Of a stretch of DNA of 64,000 nt, positions 26,744 to 37,686 are shown piece after piece (the stretch's first letter is position 1; each line of letters opens with the position of its first letter). Under the pieces are notes generated by a model that did not search any database, was not told the origin of the DNA, and saw only the letters and a program-made list of their open reading frames with translations. The stretch comes from Minisyncoccia bacterium (lineage in GTDB: Bacteria > Patescibacteriota > Minisyncoccia > Phycocordibacterales > UBA918). Location of the stretch: the NCBI GenBank assembly GCA_041742075.1, contig JBGSJJ010000015.1:1132-65131 (forward strand), read 5' to 3'. A program made the translations under genes and the position numbers.

Positions 26744-29545
26744 TTAGGCTAATTCTTTTACGGCCTTCATTATCGCCATCTTCACCGCCTCTGCTTCGTC
26801 GGTATAGGTACCGTCGATAGCTGAAGTAAGCGCTACTATCGCCTTCTCAAGTTGTACTGAAGTAATCTTTGCAGATTCTGCTTCAAGCATTTCTGAGACA
26901 GCTACTCGTTCACCTTTTCGTGAGCGATATACGGCATCAAGGTCAGATGCTGCATCAGCGAGCGCTACCATTGGTCGGTTAGAGATCATCGCGAAGGCTG
27001 CAACCACGTTTCCTGTTACCAGTGCTTCAGCGAGTGAACCACTCGTGGTTGGGGTTACGTCTGTCTCAACAGCTACAGATTCTCCTTCGTTTAGGTCGCC
27101 AAGAAGGGCTTCCATTCGAGAGAGGTTGAGTACGATCCAACCATCTTCAGTTGGGAAAGTAACTTTCGCTACTCGTACTACACCATCAAGCTTTTGTGCA
27201 CGCTTCTCTAGTGAGTTTTCTGTGTGCATGAGGTATCGCATAGCGTCACTTGAAAGAAGAGCCTTTTGTGCGTGCGCTCGGTTTTCGAGTTCAGACATTT
27301 CATTTTCTTCTTCTGTAAGGGCCTGAGTGTAGGCAGCTTGGTACCCAATCACCGCTGGAGTAGCAGATTCTGCTACTGGGAGATTTTCTGGTACTACGTT
27401 CTTTACTGGTGCTGCTGTTGCTTGTGCAAAGAGGATAGCTGAAGTTGGGAGTTCTGCACTAATGTCAGTTACTGTACTAGCGTCAGTGTAACTTCGAGCT
27501 GGGAACGCCCCTGGAAGACTTACTCCAGCAAACGTGTCGCGACGAATCACTAGTAGGTAGGCAACAAAGGCAGACCAAAGTGCGAGAAGTGCGTAGAAGA
27601 TAAATGTAAGGGTTGGTCCAGCTTCAAAACCTGTGTATGGCACTTGCGTAAGCGCAATACCAGCTACCAGTGGTTGATTTCGCTCTTCAGTTACTGTTAC
27701 AGCTGATTTAGCGACATCTACTGAAACTTTACAAGTTCGTTCTCGACTTCCTTTACTGGCAACGAGTGTGTAGGTAGTGTCCTTGGTTGGCTTTACGGTA
27801 ATACTTCCGTCATAGTAGTCACTTCGTTCACTACTCTTGTATTCGTTTGTATCAAGAAGTTCTTTCTTGAAACTATCTACGAGAGTCACTCGAGTTGCCC
27901 TTGATGTTTCCCAAGTAATCTTCACTGATTCACCAGCTTTGATAGACTTGTCAGAAATCTTGAGCTCACACTTCGGTGAAGAAGAACCTCCTCCGCCACC
28001 TCCGCCACCGTCTTCAGCTTGAATTGAAACTGGACAACTTCGTTCTGAGGTAGCGTTCTTAATAGTAAGGTTGTAGGTAATGTCGTCATTAACTTGTACC
28101 ACCCGGTTTCCATTGTTTGCTACAGCACCAATACCTTGGTCGATAGATGCGCTGGTTACTCGGTCATTATAGGTCCAAGCGAGCGTGACACTGTCACCTT
28201 CACGAACTGAACTGTCAGAAGTAGTAAAGGTTACGTCACTACAAGTAAGTGGTTCTGGTGTGTTTGGTACTGTTACCTTAGTTGAACAAGATACAGTTCC
28301 GCCTTCGCCAACTGCTGTTAGGGTGTAGGTCTTTGTAGAAGTAGTATTTACAGTCTTTGAACCATTCTTGTCTACTGCACCAACTCCTTCATTTATAGTA
28401 ACGGTATCAGCGTTCTTGGTAGTCCAAGCAAGCGCTACATCACCACCACCAACTGGAAGCTCATCTGGTGTACCATCAAGCGTACATTCTGGTTCAGGTA
28501 CTTCTTCTTCGATAATTTCATCAAGTGCGGCACAAAGTGGCTTAAGACTATTTGGTGAAGATGTGTCTGGATAGACAGCGTGTACACCAATAGCTGTAGT
28601 AATCACTTGCGATACTGACAATGAATCATTGACTTGAGTTTGTACTGAAGCTTCACGTACGTTGTCAGCAAGGTCAGCTGAAGCGTTAGAAGTTGCTACT
28701 GTGGTTGCTCCGTTCTTTAGAACGAGCTTCCACTGTTCGTTTGGCTGAGAAACATTGACACGGTCGTTGTACCCGTCCCAACTTCCTAGAGTTACTTTGT
28801 AGTTTCCGACTGGTAGCGCAACTGACTTTTCTGAAGTTACACTTTCACCTTGACTCTTATCACTTCGGATTTTGCGATCGTCAGACGTGAAGTCAATAAT
28901 TGTTCGTCCAGCCTGTGGGGCAAACGGACAATGGTCAGGTGTAGGTTCTTCTGGTTTCTTCGTAACAACTACTGATTTAGTACACTGAACTGTTCCGCCA
29001 GGACCAGTCGCTGTCAAAATAAAGTTAGTTGGTTGCGTAACAGTCTCTGTACGATTGTTATTTAGAGCAACGTTACCAATCGCATTGTTGAAAGATGCAG
29101 TGTCTGCATTCTTAGTTGTCCAGGTAAGGACAACTGGACCACCTCCTTCTGGTACTGAAGTCTTGTCAACTTCAAGTGTACATTCAGGTGCATGCACAAC
29201 TGGTGGCACTTTTACCGTTACCTTAGTTGAACACGTAAGTGTGTCGTGACGACCTTCCTTGTGCATGTGAGCAGTATAGGTAGTCGTTTCAGTAGGCTTT
29301 ACGATTGCAAAACCATCACGAGCAAATTGCTTGTTAGGAATCTTATCGATAGTGACATATGAAATGTCTGAGTATGGTGCATTCCACACAAGCTTTACCT
29401 CTTCACCAGCAAAAACTTCGCTTGGTGTAGCGGTAAGACCCTTGCAACTCCAAGCCTCTACTGCTGGTACTGCAACAGAGTTTACTGTTGCTACCACAAA
29501 AAAGAGGGCGAAAGCGATGCTGTAAATTCGAGTAATGTTGTTCAT
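26744..29545 (-). CDS. Sortase-substrate-like surface protein with Ig-like repeats, VPYTG motif, TM and long cytoplasmic tail
   Basis: Signal peptide; ~5 disulfide Ig/PKD-like repeats (C-x-L...LxW...TYTLTA...C); VPYTG at 27629-27643; TM; RR; ~265-aa tail. Confidence 0.8.
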   Translation of the reverse strand: MNNITRIYSIAFALFFVVATVNSVAVPAVEAWSCKGLTATPSEVFAGEEVKLVWNAPYSDISYVTIDKIPNKQFARDGFAIVKPTETTTYTAHMHKEGRHDTLTCSTKVTVKVPPVVHAPECTLEVDKTSVPEGGGPVVLTWTTKNADTASFNNAIGNVALNNNRTETVTQPTNFILTATGPGGTVQCTKSVVVTKKPEEPTPDHCPFAPQAGRTIIDFTSDDRKIRSDKSQGESVTSEKSVALPVGNYKVTLGSWDGYNDRVNVSQPNEQWKLVLKNGATTVATSNASADLADNVREASVQTQVNDSLSVSQVITTAIGVHAVYPDTSSPNSLKPLCAALDEIIEEEVPEPECTLDGTPDELPVGGGDVALAWTTKNADTVTINEGVGAVDKNGSKTVNTTSTKTYTLTAVGEGGTVSCSTKVTVPNTPEPLTCSDVTFTTSDSSVREGDSVTLAWTYNDRVTSASIDQGIGAVANNGNRVVQVNDDITYNLTIKNATSERSCPVSIQAEDGGGGGGGGSSSPKCELKISDKSIKAGESVKITWETSRATRVTLVDSFKKELLDTNEYKSSERSDYYDGSITVKPTKDTTYTLVASKGSRERTCKVSVDVAKSAVTVTEERNQPLVAGIALTQVPYTGFEAGPTLTFIFYALLALWSAFVAYLLVIRRDTFAGVSLPGAFPARSYTDASTVTDISAELPTSAILFAQATAAPVKNVVPENLPVAESATPAVIGYQAAYTQALTEEENEMSELENRAHAQKALLSSDAMRYLMHTENSLEKRAQKLDGVVRVAKVTFPTEDGWIVLNLSRMEALLGDLNEGESVAVETDVTPTTSGSLAEALVTGNVVAAFAMISNRPMVALADAASDLDAVYRSRKGERVAVSEMLEAESAKITSVQLEKAIVALTSAIDGTYTDEAEAVKMAIMKAVKELA

Positions 29546-29748
29546 AATATTTTGTAAAGGTTATTAATATTTTACGTACTTCTAAATACTCTCACCTACA
29601 CCCTAGACGTTTAGTACGTCCCTTGTACGCGAGAATATGAAAAGCCATAAAGATGACGAATCTTTAGATCATAGTCAGTTTTCGATGAGCGTTTTTGGCA
29701 CTTTGCCTAGGAGGAACGAGTCTTAAAGTAAGACCACTCTATACAAGT

Positions 29749-29777
29749 ATCATAGCAAATTTATTTGGTTTTGTCAA
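29749..29777 (-). promoter_or_regulatory. sigma70 promoter of the 933-aa gene (~195-nt leader)
   Basis: TTGACA-17-TATGAT. Confidence 0.7.
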
Positions 29778-29801
29778 GTTTTCCCCTGACTTCCTATCAA
29801 A

Positions 29802-30464
29802 CTAGAGTGGACTTGAACCAATTAAAATTGCCTCCACCATAAAGCGGTCATCTTTAGAGCCAAAACTATTGCAGGTGGCCAAGGTAAGCCGTGCTTCACC
29901 CGGTGTAAACGGCACTACCACCTCCTCAGCCGACGCTTCATACACCTTTTCGACTCGGTAGGTATACTCAGTGTCGTCTGACTGCAAGCGAATCCGATCA
30001 CCCCATTTTAGGTTTTGGATTCCATTAAAGGCCTGGAAGTTGCGATTCAGAACGTTCGGTAGGTAGCTAGAATGACCTAAAATAAAGATATTTCCAGGTT
30101 CTTGAAAATCGGCTGAGTCTGGATGGCGAACCACTCCCTCAAGTAGAGCCTTATCGAGTTCAGCAATCTCTCGTGACTCGGGGTTTAAAACCACCACCTC
30201 TTTGTTGTTAAGGCTATCAAAGATGATTTTATTGGGTTTCGGAGAGTCTACCATGACGATTTCAGGTTCTTCTCCAACAATTTCAGCCATTTCTTCAAGG
30301 ACGGTCTCTTCTACCGCCTCAGTCACGACTGGTTCTGGGTAGAAATCAAGCGCGTAGAAGATGCCATAGGTAACGGTAACTACCACAAAAAAGACTACAA
30401 AAAAGGGTATTTTTCGCAGTTTAAATTGAGCGTATAGCTCGTTAAAGGTAGTAGGTGTCTTCAT
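29802..30464 (-). CDS. Sortase
   Basis: N-terminal TM and the catalytic triad: His in GNIFILGHSS, Cys in LTLATC, Arg in DDRFMVEA. Confidence 0.9.
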   Translation of the reverse strand: MKTPTTFNELYAQFKLRKIPFFVVFFVVVTVTYGIFYALDFYPEPVVTEAVEETVLEEMAEIVGEEPEIVMVDSPKPNKIIFDSLNNKEVVVLNPESREIAELDKALLEGVVRHPDSADFQEPGNIFILGHSSYLPNVLNRNFQAFNGIQNLKWGDRIRLQSDDTEYTYRVEKVYEASAEEVVVPFTPGEARLTLATCNSFGSKDDRFMVEAILIGSSPL

Positions 30465-30619
30465 AAGTTGCTGTATAATACACTATTTCTAATAAATGTC
30501 AAGTAGATAGTGCTTTTATCTTTGTCATTTGGGTATTCTGAGTAAATCCTGCCTACTACCGTAGCGCAAGCCAAGCCCCTTGTCCACTAAAGACAAATGT
30601 CATTTTCTGCAGTGATTAC

Positions 30620-30780
30620 TTGACAATTTTCTACAATATGCTATTATAAAAGGGTACTCAGAGCGCTTCTCGCGCTTGCACGTTCTCCTCTTTGTAGTTC
30701 TATCACCCAAACTCGCTTCGGCGACTTGGGTGTCATTCCTACAAGCATTTCTGAACGTAGGTACGTCTTACTGCCCCAAT
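30620..30780 (+). promoter_or_regulatory. Promoter plus structured leader of the 370-aa gene
   Basis: TTGACA-16-TATTAT; nested ACGTTC/GAACGT, TTGTAG/CTACAA, CACCCAA/TTGGGTG and TCGC-TTCG-GCGA. Confidence 0.55.
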
Positions 30781-30806
30781 CAATTTAGTAATTACAAATT
30801 TTATTT

Positions 30807-31919
30807 ATGAACGAAAACGAACAAGTTGTGGTTGAGGTACCGGAAGAAAAGAAAACCGCCCTCACAAAAGTGTTTGCGATTGTTGGTTTCATTGCCATCA
30901 TTGTTCTCATGGTCTGGCTCTCAGTCAAAATTGTTGCCTTTGTACCAAATGCCTTTTCTTCACTCGCGTCAATTGCAGACAGTGTCTACAACTACGACGA
31001 GGACGAGAAGCTTAGTGTGGCAACTGAGAAGAGTGTGATCAATGCTGGTGAGGCTTTTACCATCACCTTTGAAAAAATGACCATTCCAGGTACGTATACG
31101 TTTATGTATACGTGTACTGACGGTGTGTCGGTTGAAGTTCGTAACGAGGCTGGCTCAATTGTAGCGATTAGTTGCGATACCGTGTTTGACATTAGTGAGA
31201 TGGACTCACTTGACGTCCGCGTCGCTTCAGAAAAGAATCGCTTTACTGACGTTGCCTATGCTCTCACCTTTACTCCAGACAATACCGACAAAGATGCTAT
31301 TTCAGTGCAAGGTATGGTGACCATCGTGAATGCCAGCATGCCAACCGTGGCAGAAGGTACTCCGGACACTGAGGAAACACCAGTTACTCCAGAAGTAATT
31401 GAGGAAACGGAAGAGGAAGTAGTGGCTGAACCAGAAGCTGAAGTAGTAGAGGAAACTACCACCACCCCAAAACCTCCAGTTGTAACAAAGCCGACTACTC
31501 CAAAGCCACCTCAATACCAATACGTAGAAGAAGTGACGTACACCACTCCTGTCTCTAACCCAAATGGCAACATCGACCTTCAGGTTACCTACAAAGCGGT
31601 CGGTACCATGAACGGTAAAGTATTTAGCCCTCAGTCAAACATTGAGACTGACGAAACAGGGGGTATTCAGTTTGAGGTAAAAAACATTGGTACCAAAACC
31701 AGTAACAGTTGGACCTATGAAGCACTTCTTCCTTCTGGAATTGAATACACTTCAGGTGTCCAAAAGCCACTTAAGCCACAGGAGCGTGCTCTCATCACCA
31801 TTGGTTTTGATGGCATCTCAGAAACTGGCACTGAAAAGTTTGGCGTCGAGCTTGAAACCAAGCAAGACGTTAACGCTCGAAACGACTCCTTCACTTGGGC
31901 AGTAACCATCGTTAACTAA
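30807..31919 (+). CDS. Membrane-anchored protein with C-terminal CARDB/Ig-like domain
   Basis: N-terminal TM, Ig-like domain, Glu/Pro/Thr linker, then DLQV...FEVKNIGTKTS...PLKPQE...ND (CARDB-like). Confidence 0.75.
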   Translation: MNENEQVVVEVPEEKKTALTKVFAIVGFIAIIVLMVWLSVKIVAFVPNAFSSLASIADSVYNYDEDEKLSVATEKSVINAGEAFTITFEKMTIPGTYTFMYTCTDGVSVEVRNEAGSIVAISCDTVFDISEMDSLDVRVASEKNRFTDVAYALTFTPDNTDKDAISVQGMVTIVNASMPTVAEGTPDTEETPVTPEVIEETEEEVVAEPEAEVVEETTTTPKPPVVTKPTTPKPPQYQYVEEVTYTTPVSNPNGNIDLQVTYKAVGTMNGKVFSPQSNIETDETGGIQFEVKNIGTKTSNSWTYEALLPSGIEYTSGVQKPLKPQERALITIGFDGISETGTEKFGVELETKQDVNARNDSFTWAVTIVN

Positions 31920-31950
31920 ATTACTCCAGAGACTAGTAAGACGGCTCTAC

Positions 31951-31994
31951 AAAAACACCCGCCCCGAGGCCTTTGGCCTCGGGGCGGGTGTTTT
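31951..31994 (+). terminator. Intrinsic terminator
   Basis: AAAACACCCGCCCCGAGGCC-TTT-GGCCTCGGGGCGGGTGTTTT. Confidence 0.8.
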
Positions 31995-32077
31995 ATTTCT
32001 ACCTCAGGTATGTTGACAATTCACTTATTTATACTATAATACTACTGATACCCTGTCCCTCAAATCAAGAGGCCACC

Positions 32078-32389
32078 ATGACCAAGATCCCCTCGTACTG
32101 CAATCAGCTGGACTTTCCGTTGTTCGCAACGGAAAGCGGGAGCGTCGTTACCCCACGCCGCGCTGGGAACAAAGTCGCACTCGCCTACGTCGACGTCCGT
32201 CCGGCAGACCAGGCCTTCGGTATTCAGCCCAAGCAACCGGTCGCCCTCGCCGAGGTACTGATCCCGGCAAACGAACATGCCACCGCGTTCTGCCGCCAGC
32301 AAATGGTCGGCGAGGACTATCCGGGACCGACCTACCCGGTCGACCTCGAAGGTGAAATCGTCTTGATCACCCTTCAGCCCCAGGGCTGA
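32078..32389 (+). CDS. Hypothetical protein (GC-rich solo ORFan cassette)
   Basis: Consensus TTGACA-16-TATAAT (32013-32040), SD-like AAGAGG, 103 aa, then GAGCCCGCGA/TCGCGGGCTC hairpin with T-tract. Confidence 0.65.
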   Translation: MTKIPSYCNQLDFPLFATESGSVVTPRRAGNKVALAYVDVRPADQAFGIQPKQPVALAEVLIPANEHATAFCRQQMVGEDYPGPTYPVDLEGEIVLITLQPQG

Positions 32390-32442
32390 GAAGTACAGGA
32401 CGAGAGCCTCAATCTGGAGCCCGCGACACTCGCGGGCTCTTA

Positions 32443-32472
32443 TTTTATATAGCGATTAATCGCTATATAAAA
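32443..32472. repeat. 30-bp perfect loop-less palindrome
   Basis: TTTTATATAGCGATT|AATCGCTATATAAAA. Confidence 0.8.
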
Positions 32473-32637
32473 ATGACTCGTCTATTTATCTAAGTTTCAT
32501 TTTTTGGAAGAGAAACGAAGGAATTGAAAAAATGTAAACAAGTAGTCTCTCTCGGCATATTAAATTAGATGAAATGCAAGATGTGGTAAGAAAATAATCT
32601 GAGGCGTATTCAAAAATTTACGTTATTTGTCACAGGT

Positions 32638-34935
<2,298 letters not shown>

Positions 34936-35017
34936 TTAGGGAAACAACAGTACGGACAACGACGACGAAGAACTGCCCCTTGTACCATTCAAGCCGGCAA
35001 GTCCGTGCCAACTATTT

Positions 35018-36943
35018 TTAGCGTACTTCCCAACCTTTTTTGGAAACCGCTTCGTAGACCGTCTCCATCACAGTGTTTACTTCTCCGTCAGTGAGCGTGC
35101 GCTCGCCAGCTTGGAAAACGAGTCTAAAGGCAAAAGAAGTCCGACCGTCTTTGGTAAACTCGTCAAACAACGTCGTACGTACTCGGAGAGGTCCGGCTGA
35201 AGGATTGAGGATAGACTCGATTGCTTCTGCGCTCGTGCCTTCCGGCACCCACAAAGCAATGTCACGACTCATCGCTGGGTAGACTGAAAACGGCACGTAC
35301 GAAATAGGCAGTGCTTTTGAAACAGCCTCGTAGGCCAGAGGAAGCGGTAATGACAAATAGAGATTTGTAAACTGCACCTCAGCGACACCTTGCGTGATAG
35401 TTTCATGAAGTGGTACACCCAAACACGTAGCGACTTCAGTGACCACTGAGGCCAAAAGAGCATCATCCTTAGGCGTGTACCCCGCTACCTTAGTCCGCAC
35501 TCCAAAAGCGAGGGCGACATGCTCCACGACACCAGCATCAGTTTTAGAAAAAACCGTCCCAATTTCAAAGATGCGGGTATCAGGCATTCCCAGCAGGTCA
35601 GTAAACGGTGTGTTCTTTGCCAGGACTTCAAGGAGGTTCGTGGCTAATGTGGAGCGTAGGTACGACTTATCACTGGCTAGAGCGTTTTGCAGTTGTACCT
35701 CATCCTTCGCCCGAAACGAAGAAGTTATTACTTCCGAAAAACCAAGCTGAAGAAGACAGGCTCGCACTTTTTCACTATAGTAATGTCGTACGTTAATATG
35801 CGTAAGCGGTACCGTTTCTGGCATCACCGAGGTAACTTTGTCGTAGCCAATAATACGACCAATCTCTTCAATCACATCCTCTTCAATTAAAATGTCAGTC
35901 CGTTCAAACGGAGCGGTTACTTCAAAGACGCCATCGTCTTTTTTAGCATAGCCAAAACCGAGTCCAGTAAATATCCCCTCGATGGTTTCAGTCTGCAGAC
36001 TAATTCCGAGCAAAGCCTCAGCATTTCGTTTCTTAATTGTAACCGCCGTGTTTTCCATAGTCTTTGGCCGAGCGTGTGCAAAGCCTTCTACATTTCCACC
36101 GGCAATTTTTATAATCAACGCTACTACTTCGGTTAAGGCATACGGAACAACTTTTGAAGCGACGTTGTTTTCAAATCGTTTTGAAGCGTCAGTTGAAAGC
36201 TTCAGCTTTTGCGACGCTTTTCTGGTTACTACTGGGTCAAAGTTCCCGGCTTCGAGAATGATGTTTTTGGTCTCAGCATCAACAATCGCGTACTGACCAC
36301 CCTTAATGCCTGCAATACCGGCCGGAGAATCGTCAGCCCCATTCACGATTAGTTGAATACTGGGATCAAGTTCATAGCGCACTCCGCCGAGGGTATCAAT
36401 CGCCTCCCCCACTTTTGCCATCCTGACACCAAAATGCCACGCATTATTTTCATCTTTCTTAAACTTATCGGCGTCATAGGCATGGAGAGGTTGCCCGAGA
36501 GCAAACATGACGTAGTTCGTCGCGTCAACAATATTGTTTATTGAACGTTGCCCGAGCGCTTCGAGCCTTGAAGCCAGCCACTCTGGGGACGGTCCAACAG
36601 TGATGCCGGTAACTAGTGCTAAGTCAAAGTGTCGACAATACTCACCATTTTCGATTGATATGACTAGGCGGTCTGTTTCCGGCATGATTGGAGTGAGTGA
36701 AAAAGGATCATGACTAAGCGGTGTCCCGGTGAGTGTGGAGAGTTCCCTGGCAATCCCCCGGTGACACAAACAATCAGACGACCGGTTCGGCAAAATCTTT
36801 ATATCGATAACAGCATCAGCGACGCCAACGGGCTCTATGCCGTCTATCTCAAAAGCTGAGAACGTCATTATACGCTCCACTTCCTGAACTGAAGGAGTAG
36901 CGTCACCCATGTAGTCTTTAAGCCAGCTGTGGAGTATTTTCAT
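35018..36943 (-). CDS. pheT: Phenylalanine--tRNA ligase beta subunit (reduced)
   Basis: ILPNRSSDCLCHRGIAREL, INNIVDATNY, B5 RTDILIEEDVIEEIGR, B8 SRDIAL...RTLTD; no B2 domain apparent. Confidence 0.93.
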   Translation of the reverse strand: MKILHSWLKDYMGDATPSVQEVERIMTFSAFEIDGIEPVGVADAVIDIKILPNRSSDCLCHRGIARELSTLTGTPLSHDPFSLTPIMPETDRLVISIENGEYCRHFDLALVTGITVGPSPEWLASRLEALGQRSINNIVDATNYVMFALGQPLHAYDADKFKKDENNAWHFGVRMAKVGEAIDTLGGVRYELDPSIQLIVNGADDSPAGIAGIKGGQYAIVDAETKNIILEAGNFDPVVTRKASQKLKLSTDASKRFENNVASKVVPYALTEVVALIIKIAGGNVEGFAHARPKTMENTAVTIKKRNAEALLGISLQTETIEGIFTGLGFGYAKKDDGVFEVTAPFERTDILIEEDVIEEIGRIIGYDKVTSVMPETVPLTHINVRHYYSEKVRACLLQLGFSEVITSSFRAKDEVQLQNALASDKSYLRSTLATNLLEVLAKNTPFTDLLGMPDTRIFEIGTVFSKTDAGVVEHVALAFGVRTKVAGYTPKDDALLASVVTEVATCLGVPLHETITQGVAEVQFTNLYLSLPLPLAYEAVSKALPISYVPFSVYPAMSRDIALWVPEGTSAEAIESILNPSAGPLRVRTTLFDEFTKDGRTSFAFRLVFQAGERTLTDGEVNTVMETVYEAVSKKGWEVR

Positions 36944-36951
36944 AGGTACAA

Positions 36952-37674
36952 TTAAAACTGGCTAACAAAGCGCAAATCACCACTATATAAATTTCGAATA
37001 TCATCAATCCCATACTTCATAACAGCCAACCGGTCGATACCCATCCCAAACGCAAAACCAGAAAATTCTTCAGGGTCAATCCCCGCGTCACGAAGTACAT
37101 GCGGATGGACCATACCAGCTCCCATAATTTCTATCCAACGATTGGCCAGTTTGCTTTCACTTCCTCGTAGCATCATGTCTATCTCTACCCCCGGTTCAAC
37201 AAACGGAAAAAAACTTGGTCTAAACCGTACTTCGACATCTCCAGCAAAAAACTTTGAGAAGAAGTATTCAATCGTTCCCTTGAGGTGTCCCATGTGAACT
37301 CCCCGGTCGACATACAAACCTTCAAGCTGATGGAATTGGGCTTCGTGCGTGGCATCGGTAGCTTCGTTTCGAAATACTTTCCCCGGGACAATAACTCTGA
37401 TTGGCGGTTTGTTTGTTTCCATAAAGCGAGCTTGCACTGGACTGGTGTGCGTACGAAGTACCATTGGCTCTTGCGCATCAGTTGGTTTAAAGTAAAACGT
37501 GTCCTGCATGTCGCGCGACGGATGATCTTTTGGCACATTGAGACGGTCAAAGTTGTATTTTTCAAGCTCTGCTTCCGGTCCCTCCGCAAACACAAAACCT
37601 ATTTCAGCAAAAATACTATTGATTTCTGCAATCATCGTGGAAAGTGGATGTTGATGCCCGGCTGGAATTTTCAT
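36952..37674 (-). CDS. pheS: Phenylalanine--tRNA ligase alpha subunit (N-terminally reduced)
   Basis: GHQHP, HPSRDMQDTF, LRTHTSPVQAR, FPFVEP, GFAFGMGIDRL. Confidence 0.95.
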   Translation of the reverse strand: MKIPAGHQHPLSTMIAEINSIFAEIGFVFAEGPEAELEKYNFDRLNVPKDHPSRDMQDTFYFKPTDAQEPMVLRTHTSPVQARFMETNKPPIRVIVPGKVFRNEATDATHEAQFHQLEGLYVDRGVHMGHLKGTIEYFFSKFFAGDVEVRFRPSFFPFVEPGVEIDMMLRGSESKLANRWIEIMGAGMVHPHVLRDAGIDPEEFSGFAFGMGIDRLAVMKYGIDDIRNLYSGDLRFVSQF

Positions 37675-37686
37675 ACTAAAACACAC

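Noticed and set aside
29620-29715. c-di-GMP-I riboswitch in the 933-aa gene leader
   Set aside because: GGCAAA and CTAAAG..TATGG recall the motif, but the GNRA-capped stem and GACGCAAA junction cannot be built; retained only as a generic structured leader.
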